The notes under the pieces were generated by a model that had not been told where the DNA came from, did not search any database, and saw nothing but the letters and a program-made list of their open reading frames with translations. This document shows positions 12,227 to 24,179 of a stretch of DNA of 64,000 nt, piece by piece. The DNA is from Octopus sinensis. Its lineage: Eukaryota. Position numbers and translations under genes: made by a program. Positions within the stretch are counted from its first letter, which is position 1. Every line of letters starts with the position of its first letter. The stretch lies in assembly GCF_006345805.1 (NCBI RefSeq), contig NC_042998.1, forward strand, positions 191,704,001-191,768,000. Reading direction: 5' to 3'.

Positions 12227-13129
12227 AATTATGGAGTGAATTTTAGGACTTATAAATTTAATATTTTTCTGCTTAGGAGGTTGTAATGTCCTAGCACATA
12301 TGCTGCTTCTTCTAGTTTTCGTATTTTCCAGTTGTGTTCTCCGCTTAATATTTTGACTTTATTCCACAGGGGCGGTTGGTCTCCATCTTTCCATACCAGA
12401 TTTATCAACACCGCCTCGTGTTAGAGCTTTGTGATGTTCGTCTACCCTTATTTTGAGAGGGCGGCATGTTTCGCCTTTGATAACATACCACAGCTGCATG
12501 GAATGGTGTACACGCAGTCTTTGGTCATATTCTCTTCTATTGGTGGTTTTACTTGAAGGAGATATTTGCGAAGTGTTGTATTACTCTTGAATACTGTCCT
12601 GATGTCATATGGGCCGCATATCTTATATATATATCGCTACTTATATTCTTTGTACGATGTTTTAGGCACTGTGCAATACCTCACTTTACACTCAACTTCA
12701 ATTTCTACCACCCATAAAGCAGCATATGAGAAGTGGTATTAAGGAAGGATATAAAAATATTAGATTTATACGCCCTAAAATTCATTCCATAACGGGCATA
12801 TGGAGTAGGGGTTAAGAGCGTGGGCTACTAACCCCATGATTCCGAGTTCAATTCTAAGCAGTGACCTGTATAATAATAATAATAATAATAATAACAATAA
12901 TAATAATAATAATAACAACAACATCATCGAAAAATACCTTAGGAATGAGAACCCAACAAACAGCCAGAACATTGTGTTAACATCAAACTAGATGAGGACA
13001 AATATCCGTCAAGTGTAAATAATGTATATATATACACTTGAACACGTTACCCATACTTAATGCCCATAAATATTAATTTAAACACTCTTTGCACACACTC
13101 ATACACACACACTCATATATAATTATGTT

Positions 13130-13925
13130 GTTTGGAGGAATTACAACCGTGTTTCGTGGTCTGCTACCACAACAGATCCTTTATAGGATCCAGTTAGCTC
13201 ATGACATCATCAGGAGGAACCACGTCCGGTTTCGGCCCCTACTCCTCTACCGTTTTGACGTGTGGGGCCCCGCCTTTCGGAGGTGTCTTCAGCTCTGGTT
13301 CATGATGTCACATACAACTATACCTTTTATTCATAAGGGGTTGATAAGAGAGAAAAAGTGCCGATTCCATTATGTCTAATATAATTTCTTCTTTCTTCTG
13401 CATGTCTTCTGTCTTCTTCTTCTTTCTTCTGTTCCCTTTCCTCTTCGATGTATCGTCAGCGAGTGTCAGCCGGTGACTGACTGTCTTGTCAAATTTTTCC
13501 CTTTGAATACCTGCTGCTAGACTCCAGCAGGCAACCCCACCAAGTTGTCACGTGACACTGTCTCACCTTAACTGACTAGTGAAGGCGCGTAGTGTTAGAC
13601 CGTCACCTGTCAGTCAGCTTGTCTCACCTAATGATGTTATTTCCCGTCGGCGTGTTTATGACTTTCAAGCCATTTTCGGTCTTCCCGCTCCAGCCATATA
13701 TATTGAAGCTGGCTTTTTCGACCGCCTCTTGTACTTTCCTTATTAGTTTACGCAGCTCGGAGCTAGAAAAAACAAATCTTCTTTTGAAAAGCGTTGTCAT
13801 TTTCTTTTCAACGAAGCCTCTAGCCCCCACTGCCAGCAGATAATATTCGACATTCCATCCCTGTTCTCTGCATTCTTCGATTAGCTTTTCATACCTCTTC
13901 TCCTTTCGTTCCTCTGCATTTATGT
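13130..13925 (-). mobile_element. RLE-type non-LTR retrotransposon 3' fragment (Hero-like endonuclease C-terminus) plus putative structured 3' UTR
   Basis: Minus strand 13925-13624 reads INAEERKEKRYEKLIEECREQGWNVEYYLLAVGARGFVEKK..ELRKLIRKVQEAVEKASFNIY, matching the K..KY..L..EC...GW.....VG.RGF pattern of RLE domains. Assignment of 13130-13620 to the same element is inferred. Confidence 0.7.
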
Positions 13926-15002
13926 TTACTATGCATTAACTTTGTTTTTATGTATATGTAAGAGTTGGCGCCCTTGTTAATATTCTTTCTTGTTGAAATC
14001 CACACAGAAATGATTCACATTACTGTGTGCTCGATCTTATAAGAAAAGTTGATAAAAATCCACCGTAGTACTCATCGTCAAAATTTGGTAAAGATATTTG
14101 ACATGTGATTCTGCATTACATTGGTAACATTTCTCTATTTATCGTCACACAACCTCTTAATCACAGAAGAACACAAGTTAAATAAACTAACTCCACGATC
14201 AAAGAATAATACAAAGCTAGTTAATTACTTTCCAGATAATGAAAACACCTCGTTTCACTAAGATTTTATCCTCGTACTAGATTCACCTCTAATAAAGAAC
14301 TCATAACTTTGTGAAGCTTTAATCAAAGAATAATTTTTCTCCGTGAACTAATGATTCTAATCAAGGAAATACAACTATTACACCTGGCTTTGTCTTGATG
14401 TTTCCGTAAGTATACTCTTTAGAATTGGTGTTCAAATTGCGTTTTGAAATAAACGCGTTGGCATTATATTTTCCCTATTGAAATTGTTACATTCATATAT
14501 GTAATTTTTAATCTAGTTCACTTTCCTCGTAAAACTTTGCAGCCTTTCCGTTCGACTTTGTTTTGGAAGTAATAGGTAAATCATATCTAAAGATAAATTG
14601 AATATGAAATCATATCTAAAGATAAATTGATATTAATTGCTTTATGAATTGCTGTTATACAAGATAGGTCGGCATGAATAATGAAAGCTAATAAGAGCAG
14701 CACATGGAAACTAAGGAGAAAACGAACAAGAAAAATAACATAATGGAACATAATTGTCTAGAATATGGATGACTATGATGCATCAAATCTACAGATTTGT
14801 GAGTAAATTCTAAAAACTTCAATGAATAATGTTTGTAAAATAAAGATAACCTGCGAGAGAAAAATCATATCTGAAAGTAATGAAAGTATATTGTTGAAAG
14901 TGCTACAGCATTAGTTACGATATTAGATTCGACATCGTATATTTTATAACTGGAATTACAAAAAAAAGACCTTCTGATATATATATATATATATATTTTA
15001 TA

Positions 15003-15847
15003 TATCTATACAATATGTTACATTACTCGGTAGTCAAGATAAAACTCTGAGTTTCAGATGCCGAAGTGGAAATCCACAACACCATCTCATCGGTTATCTG
15101 GCTATTTGAAAACGTTATGAAAAAATACCGTTAAAAATGAAGGGAAATTACTCTGTTATAACTCTGCTTTGCCTGCGTACTTATACATCGCTCGCATTTT
15201 TCGTCATAAAAATTATATAAAAATACATAAAAATATATAAAAATATATAAAAATATATAAAAATATATAAAATCTTCTTGGGACATAACACAGAAAGCAT
15301 GTTCTATCCGTTTTCTTTAGGGGACCAAAAACGTAACAGAAATTTAGTCACATGTGGGCATGATCCGAAAAGCTCTGTCCTTGTATTTAGACATGTGGTA
15401 GGGTCTTAGCTGCTTTTCCAGATAAGCCATCTCTCCATGCCCACATGTGACTAAATTTCTGTTACGTTTTTGGTCCCCTAAAGAAAACGGATAGAACATG
15501 CTTTCTGTGTTATGTTCCAAGAAGATTTTATATATTTTTGTATATTTTTATATATTTTTATGTATTTTTATATAATTTTTATGACGAAAAATGCGAGCGA
15601 TGTATAAGTACGCAGGCAAAGCAGAGTTATAACAGAGTAATTTCCCTTCATTTTTAACGGTATTTTTTCATAACGTTTTCAAATAGCCAGATAACCGATG
15701 AGATGGTGTTGTGGATTTCCACTTCGGCATCTGAAACTCAGAGTTTTATCTTGACTACCGAGTAATGTAACATATTGTATAGATAAATTTCCTCTATTTA
15801 CATAATATTGAGGTCTCTTTCTTTCTTTTGTTATCTTACCGTTTTAT

Positions 15848-15850
<3 letters not shown>
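15003..15850 (+). mobile_element. fold-back PLE-type element: arms 15003-15362 and 15436-15785, 73-bp spacer, extra tail 15786-15850, embedded in (TA)n
   Basis: Arms are reverse complements; I find only 2 substitutions and one 10-bp repeat-unit difference. Each arm carries an HHR-like motif. An inverted partial copy lacking the tail is the architecture typical of truncated Penelope insertions. Confidence 0.8.
15689..15751 (+). ncRNA. type I hammerhead-like motif with variant core CCGAUGA (mirror copy 15037-15099, - strand)
   Basis: AGAUAA CCGAUGA GAUG-guguuGUGGAuuUCCACuucgg-CAUC U GAAA CUC A GAG U U UUAUCU. Stem I AGAUAA/UUAUCU, stem II GAUG/CAUC, stem III ACUC/GAGU with a 1-nt loop, GUU triplet. 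Deviations: U4C and an extra U before G12. Confidence 0.55.
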
Positions 15851-15899
<49 letters not shown>

Positions 15900-15907
<8 letters not shown>

Positions 15908-16013
15908 ATAAATATTAGGGAATAAATCCAATTTACAGGGAAAAATCAGATTTAGGATTGAATCCAATTTTATAGTAAAATATAATATAATATTAAATAT
16001 AATATTAAATATA

Positions 16014-16020
<7 letters not shown>
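15900..16020. repeat. short dispersed AT-rich element in (TA)n, related to 595-690
   Basis: ataataaatattagggaataaatccaatttacagggaaaaatcagatttag resembles ataataattatttggagggattattaatcctaacttacagggaaaaaatttcaatttag at ~595-650. Confidence 0.55.
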
Positions 16021-16045
<25 letters not shown>

Positions 16046-18569
16046 AGTTTAACATATCTAAACATATCTAAGTTTATCTAAGTTTATATAACATGGAATA
16101 ATATAAGGGATTATGATTACAGGTTTTAATGCAAAGATTTTGACTTTTATTTCACTGCCATATAAATTTCCACCATCAAGCAGGTTAGAAAATGGCATAA
16201 CTATCGATCACATCGGCTGCACAAAACATGAGACCTAAATTCTGTAATGGTGTCTTTTATTCTATCTCAGAATAAATACCATTTTTAATTTAGTTACAAC
16301 ATCAAATGTTTGAGGGTAAACAAATATATTAGATCGACATCAGTAATTAATTGGCTTTTAATTTATCAAAATTAGGACGGTGAAATATAAAGTTGTTTTT
16401 TTTTAAAGAGAATATGATTTCTAAGCCGGGAATATGATTTCTCAGGGAGAAAGAGAGCCGTCAATTACATACATCTTAATACTTAACGGGATCTTGATTT
16501 ATCGATCCCTGAAATTATATAAGACATAATGGAATCGGCACTTGTTCTCTCTCTTATCAAACCCCTTATGAATGAAAGGTATAGTTGTATGTGACATTAT
16601 TTGACCTCAGGACGTTAGAAATGGGTAATAAAATATGTTGTTGAGTGATACACCAATTTTGCAATTCCCTGCTCTTTTATGAGATTAAATAATGTAAACC
16701 ATGAACCCCAAATACATTCACTAATAAGAATCATATCAAAATTGTCGTCTCAGATTAAGAAAACAAACTTCTAACCGATTATCAATTAGACATTGACAAC
16801 ATACGATTAAGGCTGTCATTTTGTTTCCTTCAAGCGGATACTACAACCGCTACATATCAAAGCATCCGACCTAAAGAATAGTTTTTTGGCAGAAAATATT
16901 TTAATACTCAACATCTGAACATTCCAAAAGGCTCAAATAAAACCCCAAACGAGATACTGCTGTTACATATTGGACAGTACTGCTTCTACACTAACAAATA
17001 TAGTAAACTATATCGCTCATCTAACTGGGATGGAGTTGCTCGCCAAAACACTCCATTCTCTCGCCCACAGACGTATGCTCTCATCACTCTGTCTTCCATG
17101 TATCTACTTCAATTCCGTTCCTACTTGTGTTTTTTATTTCCTGCCGTGATCACCAAAATAAATTGAATCTACTTCGTCAGTCTCAAGAAGCCTGAGAATC
17201 TCATGGGAATTGCCTTATTTTTCAGTCCAAAGCCAATGAAAATACATTTAGAAACTAAATATCAAACGAAAATAAATGACATAAAAAGAAAATAGTTAAC
17301 CGATGAAGTCTCAGATCTGAATATATTACTTTTGTAGACACGTGATTTATGTGAATATATCTACATAGTTGATTACATCGGCCCTGTGAAAGTTTCAATT
17401 ATCACTCACAAAATTCAAGTTTCATATACCGTCAATTTGACCTTGTATATGCAACAACGATAATTTATACCCCTCAAAAATCGAAGATATATACGAGAAA
17501 AATGCATGGATTCGAAGTTATAAGAGCAAGACTAATGAAATCTGTGTACTTAGACTTTGATGTGTATTTATACTATGACTGTGTGATTGAGGACGTTAAA
17601 ATCGATAAGTCATTATGTGATGTCATATGTATGCGTAAGATATACTGTTGCAGATATAAAGAAGTTCTGGGTAACCTACATCGTACGTTTCTATTATAAC
17701 ATCATGCTGAGAACAGCAAATATCGCACTACATTATGTATGAAGTAAAATAGTTAAAGGTTGGCATTATTTACCTCACACAAACTGGTGCAGTGTATAAA
17801 GTAAACATTTTGACATTTCGTGATCAATGGTATATAACATTGGTGGACAGTGTTATTTACCTTTAATTTAATTACCTATTTACTACGATCTAATAATCTA
17901 ATGCGGTTTCCCAATATGTAACCGATATCTAAACGAACTGGTATCCCAACTGAATGGACTGACACAAATATCCCACTGATAAATGAACTAACATTTATTT
18001 TCTATAGGTTAGGCTTACTGATAACTAGTTCTCAGAGTTAAAGAAATAGCTCGGTGAACCGATGACCATATTTCACAGGTATATCTACTGATGCACAATT
18101 CTTATAGCGATACCGATTTTTTCTCTTAATTTAATTGATGAATAGATACATATTTCGTATCATTACGTAAATTATATCCCCACACATAGTTGATTCATTT
18201 CTCAAAGCTTGATGATGTAAATTGCCACCTATTTTCCATAAAACTTGATCAAATGGAATTATTCCTCTGCATATGCCTGCAGTTTATTTTATAACACAAT
18301 CTCTATCTAGGTGGTTCCAGCATATATACACTTAGCTTCTTTCTACCTAATTTAAGCAAAAGACCGTTATAAAATTTGTACTTTTGTGTTTTACAACATC
18401 CCAGTACCGTCTCAGTAAATGTATTTTCTGTAATGTCATTAGGAAACCTCGAAATACCAAAATTTCATAAAATATCATATAATGATATTTCATGTTCTGT
18501 GGACTGGATGTAATGAAATAAATTGAATGCAGAACATCATTATCTAGTTTGGATTAATGGCAGATACAG

Positions 18570-18792
18570 TCTGATATTCTTTTCTGCTCTAGCACAAAGC
18601 CCGAAAATTTTGGGGAAGGGGGCCAGTCGATTAGATCGACCCCAGTACGCAGCTGGTTCTTAATTTATCGATCCCGAAAAGATGAAAGGCAAAGTCAACC
18701 TCGGCGGAATTTGAACTCAGAACGTAAAAACAGACGAAATACCGCTAAGTATTTCACCTGGCGTGCCATCGTTTCTGCCAGCTCGTCGCCTC
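18570..18792 (-). mobile_element. SINE family A head/body with alternative tail (A2)
   Basis: Head and body match family A; the tail reads ggcccccttccccaaaattttcgggctttgtgctagagcagaaaagaat on the minus strand. Confidence 0.85.
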
Positions 18793-20130
18793 ATAACATC
18801 TGATATTAGATATGACAACATTGTGGTTTGAGAGTGTATACTATTTTGTTTGAGTAAGATGTATACATGTAACACCGTATTGTTTGAAATGAGAAATAAT
18901 CATACATAAAAAGCCGTTTCTGTAGTTAGTTAGATTTTCATCGTGGTATTTAGTATTGCCGTAATATATCTGTAATGTGTATTCTTCATATGATATATAT
19001 AAAATAAAATATTTAGGAAAAGTACATGTAATATACAGAAGCGGTAAGAAATTCCATCACCTTTCAGACTAAATTGAATAAATTGAAGTGTTCTAATTTA
19101 CAGTAGTCAGTTTCTAAAGATTATTAAAGATCAATTGAAATTCTCGAATGTAAAAAGAAGAGTTTCAGCCATGAAGAAAATATTTGAACAGAGAAATTAA
19201 AAACTATATTTCCACAATAATAGACACCGATTGAATAAATAAATTAATAGCGACTATAATAACATTATAGAGCCAAGAATGAAATGATTTCAATTGAAAA
19301 TATTCGATTATGTTCCATAGCTTGGCCGAGAATTACATACTGAGCTTACGAAAACGTTATGTATTTCAGTTAGGTTAGATGGGCCAATTGTAGATTCTTA
19401 AGTATATTTAGTTTATTTTGGACTGATCACATGAAACAAAATAAGGTGTTGTCATTGTTAAAACCACATTTCCGATCAATATTTGTTTGCATCACTGTTA
19501 AAAGTTAGCATGTTTAAAGGTTGATAGTAATAGCAAAATTGCGAAGTATTCCCCATCGTGAGGATATGTCGGAGAGGAAGAAGCAGTTGTGATGAAGTAA
19601 ATGAACAAGATTATTTTTTAAGTCTTATTTCTGGCTCTAGTCGAGAAGGACATAAAATGATAATCTCATGGAGGGCAATGTTAATTTCAAAATATGGTAT
19701 TTAATGGTTTTGTTGGAAGGCAAGATTTCATTAATTGGCAGGAAACATTGTATCTCTCAGCAGGCTCCATCAATTGTTTTGATGCTCAAATATCAATCAA
19801 TGGAGAAAGTATTGTAATGGAAATACTCGCTGACCTTTCTTCTATGTTGAGAAGATGGATTCACTCACTTTACTATTGCAGATTTATGTTTTCAACATTC
19901 GCTACAAATGGCCGGAAGATGAGACCTCCTTTATTAAATCTTAGCCTCAAAACGATAGAAGAGGATCTTTAAATTTGCAAGCTGTCCAAAGATAAGTTTA
20001 TTGTTGTTGATCGAGAGAGATGTTCCAGCCGTGATAGATTATCTTTAATTCAGTTATAGTGTAGCTAATTAAGACGTGTTTTATCTTTAACTATTGTATG
20101 AAGGGGTTTTAGGAATATATGTATGTGTAT

Positions 20131-20345
20131 TGTATATTTTTCACCTTATTAATGGAACGCTACAGGCACTTGACGTTATTTACTCTGATTTGATATATTC
20201 GCATGACGGCTTTCCCTGTTTCCTCTCTCGCTCTCCTCCATCTCTCTCTATTTCTCCTTCTTCCTCTCAGCCCTGAGTGTCTCTCTGTGTCTTCTACCAC
20301 TTTTCTCCCTCTTACAACTGACACGTGACACGCGGTTGTCCTGTT
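20131..20345. repeat. ~215 bp dispersed repeat, copy 1 (copy 2 at 22611-22836); unclassified, possibly a PLE terminal repeat
   Basis: accttattaatggaacgctac..gatttgatatattcgcatgacg..CT-rich..ctgacacgtgacacgcggtt(g/a)tcctgtt is shared by both loci, which then diverge. Confidence 0.8.
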
Positions 20346-21831
20346 TCCTCTAGTTAGTCGAGAAGCTAAGTAAAGCTTCTCTTTCTGTCCGCTTAGGTAG
20401 AAGTCGTCGACATCCACGTTAAAAATCTTTAGTTTGGCGATAGAATGGAGAAGATCAGTTACACTATGCGCGGCGACTTCCAGTTGTATGATTAGGGACA
20501 ACGTTGCTTTCGTAGCAGAGGTGGAAGATACGAAAGTAATAAATTAAATGATGTTTGCAAGTATGGCAATAATAAATTGTTAGCATTTGGTGAGTGATAT
20601 GTTAGCAAGCAAGCAGTTGAATTTTTGTCGCACTAAAAGCAGGGATGGGGAAACACCTGTAATTTGTAGAACATCATTACCTGTTCTCGTCGCAAATGTG
20701 TTCAGACACTGAAGATATAACGTAATTTTTGAAAGGGAAAATCAAGGCTTGTCAAATCTGAAGATGTGATTGTCATGAAAGGTCTACGACTAATAAGTTT
20801 TGCATTCAGCTTATATAGAAATACTTTACATACAAACTGAAATTGAACTTTCAATCATTCGAAAAGTAGAGCACACGCAAAGTCACTACACTCAAAGGTA
20901 TTTTTTTATTTGCTTCTATCATGGAACATTATCTCTTTTATATATTGATTTTTACATCCAAGCTTAATATTATCTCTTCTAAAAGCATGGTATTTATTGG
21001 ATTTTTACAGATTAGAATTTATTTAATATGAAGTGCAACATATTTACCAATCGGCTATTTGGTTTTCACTTTCAACATTAATAATATTCAAGCGGAGGGA
21101 ATATTTTTCCAGTCGAGTTTAACATGTTTGCTTCAAGGTTTAATATCAGCAATTATGCTATTCAATAGCTTTACTATGAACTGTAAAATATTTACTAGTA
21201 TTGCTAATAGCTTGATTACACGACTTCATATTTTTAACTCAATAATTCAATGCCTCTACTACACTTGATTAACAATAACCAAAGCTTTCCAGCCAAGTTT
21301 GCATGTCAAGATATAACTAATAACTGTGTTTGACTACACAACTATTAATGTTTTAATAGCCAACTTTAGAGTTACAACTACACTGCTTAGGGATTACATC
21401 CGAATATATATGTTTACTATCCCTTTTGATGTCTTTAACGGCAGAGTAAAGTGAGTCAAGAAGAAAACTTCATGATTTTAGTAGAATGCATTTTCAAACA
21501 GGGACTTTAATGTCTTAAAGATCAAAGAAAATGTCTTAAAATATATAAACAAAATTACAAAATATTCCTCTTACTAATGCAACCATTCCACCAACAACAT
21601 CACTGTTACTATTGCACATACGTAAATCGAACATTTTATGATACATTGAAGAAAGAGTTGTTTTCCGAAACAGTAAAATTGTAATGTGTTTTCGTCGTCT
21701 ACATAATATTCAATATAACTTTGGATGAAGGTTTGTTTACAGTTATCACTTATACTATACGCATACATATACACAAACATCCCAGAAGCAGAATCTTAGA
21801 GCTCCACATATGAACATAAACGTGTGTGTGT

Positions 21832-21975
21832 CTGTGGCTGTGTGGTAAGAAGTTTGCTTCCCAACCATATGGTTCCGAGTTCAGTCCCACTCAGTAGCAA
21901 ATTGCACAAACGTAATCTATTATAGCCAACGGCAAGCTTGAGCCTTCTCGGCATATTTGGTAGATAGAAACCGAA
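21832..21975 (+). mobile_element. degenerate SINE family B 5' half
   Basis: gtggctgtgtggtaagaagtttgcttcccaaccatatggttccgagttcagtcccact matches the family B head. Confidence 0.75.
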
Positions 21976-22041
21976 TATATATATACATACATATATATCA
22001 TATACTTATATATTTATAGACATATATATTTATATATATAT

Positions 22042-22217
22042 ACTTTATTCAAAGCAGCAGAAAATTCGTCGGACAATTTTTGGAACGGCAACGGGAAACT
22101 CAGAGTAACAGGTTTTGTTGAATTTTCTGCAGCTTTGAATAAAGCATATTACTCTACCACTGGTATTTGAGTACTCTTTTTTCCACCTTGTTTCACATTT
22201 ATGTGTTTACTCCGGTA
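22042..22217 (+). mobile_element. small fold-back element in (TA)n with HHR-like remnant and terminal tail
   Basis: IR ctttattcaaagcagcagaaaattc (22043-22067) / gaattttctgcagctttgaataaag (22120-22144), followed by a ~70-bp tail. Contains gaaactcagagtaacagg on + and tgtccgacga on -. Confidence 0.7.
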
Positions 22218-22238
22218 TGTATGTATATATATATATAT

Positions 22239-22322
<84 letters not shown>

Positions 22323-22610
22323 TGTGTGCGCACGTATGCGCGTGTCTTTGTGCTTGTGTTTGTCATCGATGACCACTTGATAACCGGTGTTGGTGCATTT
22401 AAGTCCCCATAAATTAATGGTTCAATAAAAGGGATCGATACAATAAAGACCAGGTATAAAATATGTATGGGAAGATTCGTTCAACAAAAAATTCTGCAGC
22501 TGCACGTATATATAATATATCATTTATTATTTATTATTTAATTGAACAGGACGCCTCATATACGTATATATGTATATATATAAATATAGATATATGTGTG
22601 TGTGTATATC

Positions 22611-22836
22611 GTATATTTTTTACCTTATTAATGGAACGCTACGTGCACTTGCCTTTATTTACTCTTGATTTGATATATTCGCATGACGTCTTTCCCATTC
22701 TCTCTTCTTTTTCCTCTCTCGCTCTCCTCCATCTCTCTCTATTTCTCCTCCTCCCTCTCAATCCTGTGTGTCTCTCTCTGTCTCCTACCACTTTTCTCCC
22801 TCTTACTACTGACACGTGACACGCGGTTATCCTGTT
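22611..22836. repeat. ~225 bp dispersed repeat, copy 2 (see 20131-20345)
   Basis: Direct homology to 20131-20345. Confidence 0.8.
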
Positions 22837-23119
22837 GTGTTTTTCTGTGTCTCGATCCTTTTCACGCGGAGCGCTGAAGCAATCGGTCGTATTTTCTGTG
22901 GTCTCCCACTCAAACCCGTTTCGCTGCCTTTTGTGCTTCCGTTTTAATCCTTTACGATTTCCTCCTGAGCGTTATCCACACTTTCGTCTCTCTCTGGCCA
23001 TAAGGCTGTATAGTGTTTATTTCGTCCCTGTTCTCTCGGTCGTTCACTAATGGTCCCGTCTTGAACCGCATTAATTCATGTTCGTGTGTCCACTGTTTTC
23101 TTGTATGTTTATTCATTTA

Positions 23120-23198
23120 TTCTTTTCTACTCTAGGCACAGGGCCCAAAATTTTGGATGAGGGGGCCGCTAAGCATTTCACCCGGCGTGCTAACGTTT
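23120..23198 (-). mobile_element. internally deleted SINE A with A2-type tail
   Basis: Head fragment gctaagcatttcacccggcgtgctaacgtttc directly joined to tail ctctaggcacagggcccaaaattttgg. Confidence 0.65.
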
Positions 23199-23497
23199 CT
23201 TATTTCTTTATTGCCCACAAGGGGCTAAACATAGAGCGGACAAACAAGGACAGACAAAAGGATTAAGTCGGTTAGATTGACGCCAGTGCGTAATTGGTAC
23301 ATAATTTATCGACCCCGATAGGATGAGAGGCAAATTCGACCTCGGCGGAATTTGAACTCAGAACGTAACGGCAGACGAAATACCTATTTCTTTACTACCC
23401 ACAAGGGGCTAAACATAGAGAGGACAAACAAGGACAGACAAACGGAGTAAGTCAATTATATCGACTCCAGTGCGTAACTGGTACTTGTCTAATCGAC
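23199..23497 (-). mobile_element. SINE family A dimer, 5'-truncated
   Basis: Two tail units with the same junction (gacgaaatacc|tatttcttt on +). Confidence 0.85.
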
Positions 23498-23501
23498 TAC
23501 G

Positions 23502-23940
23502 ATGACGACGACGACGACGACGACGACGACCACCACCACCACCACCACCACTACCACTACCACCTTATCACAATCACCATCACAACTATCCTACCACTAT
23601 CACCACCACCACAACCACCCACATCATCAGCAGCATTGTCATTGCTTCCACTTCAACCACATACACCGACATCAACGTTATCAAGACGGTTACCTTGATA
23701 GTCATTTTCAACACCACAACCAGTATAACCACTACAATACTACCATCACACAACTAGCAATGTCATCAACACCACTATTACCACCATCACCTCAGCATCA
23801 CACATCACACCGCTCCTGTCGCCACCGATACTAGTACATCCTCGTCCCATACTTATCTCGACCATCGTCATCATCAACACTGTCCTGCTTTCACTACAAT
23901 CACCGTCAAATCTACGATCACCACAATCAGTTTCTTTACA
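23502..23940. repeat. (ACG)n/(ACC)n and degenerate CAY-rich low-complexity tract
   Basis: Direct inspection; source of the poly-T/H ORF. Confidence 0.85.
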
Positions 23941-24179
23941 CAGTTGAAAATCCATTATCCAATGCTCATGGGACCGAGATTGTTATTAAAAAAATTGCAT
24001 CTACAAAACCTAACAGTTTGAGGACAGAAACCAGGTCTAAACACAATAGCTTATAGATATACTCTGAATGTAGTTCTATATAAATCTTTAATAATTTTTT
24101 TTATACACAAGACTATAAGAAATGTTAAGATATCAGCCTCTACCCACATTGTCATCTTTGATTAAAAGGTTACAGCATA

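Larger units (their letters stand above)
11703..13026 (-). mobile_element. 5'-truncated Penelope-like retroelement: GIY-YIG endonuclease remnant between two inverted pseudo-LTRs
   Basis: Minus strand ~12270-12630 translates KICGPYDIRTVFKSNTTLRKYLLQVKPPIEENMTKDCVYTIPCSCG..KGETCRPLKIRVDEHHKAL..LWNKVKIL..HNWKIRKLEEAAY (GIY-YIG of PLEs). 11703-12270 and 12753-13026 are inverted copies of each other, and the upstream copy lacks the terminal tail. Confidence 0.88.

Noticed and set aside
9400-14630. Short tandem duplications (22 bp at ~9401-9450; ~24 bp at 14578-14630)
   Set aside because: Ordinary slippage duplications with only two units and no spacers; not CRISPR-like.
22900-22930. GAAACGGGUU on the minus strand as an HHR 3' half
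   Set aside because: No upstream core sequence.
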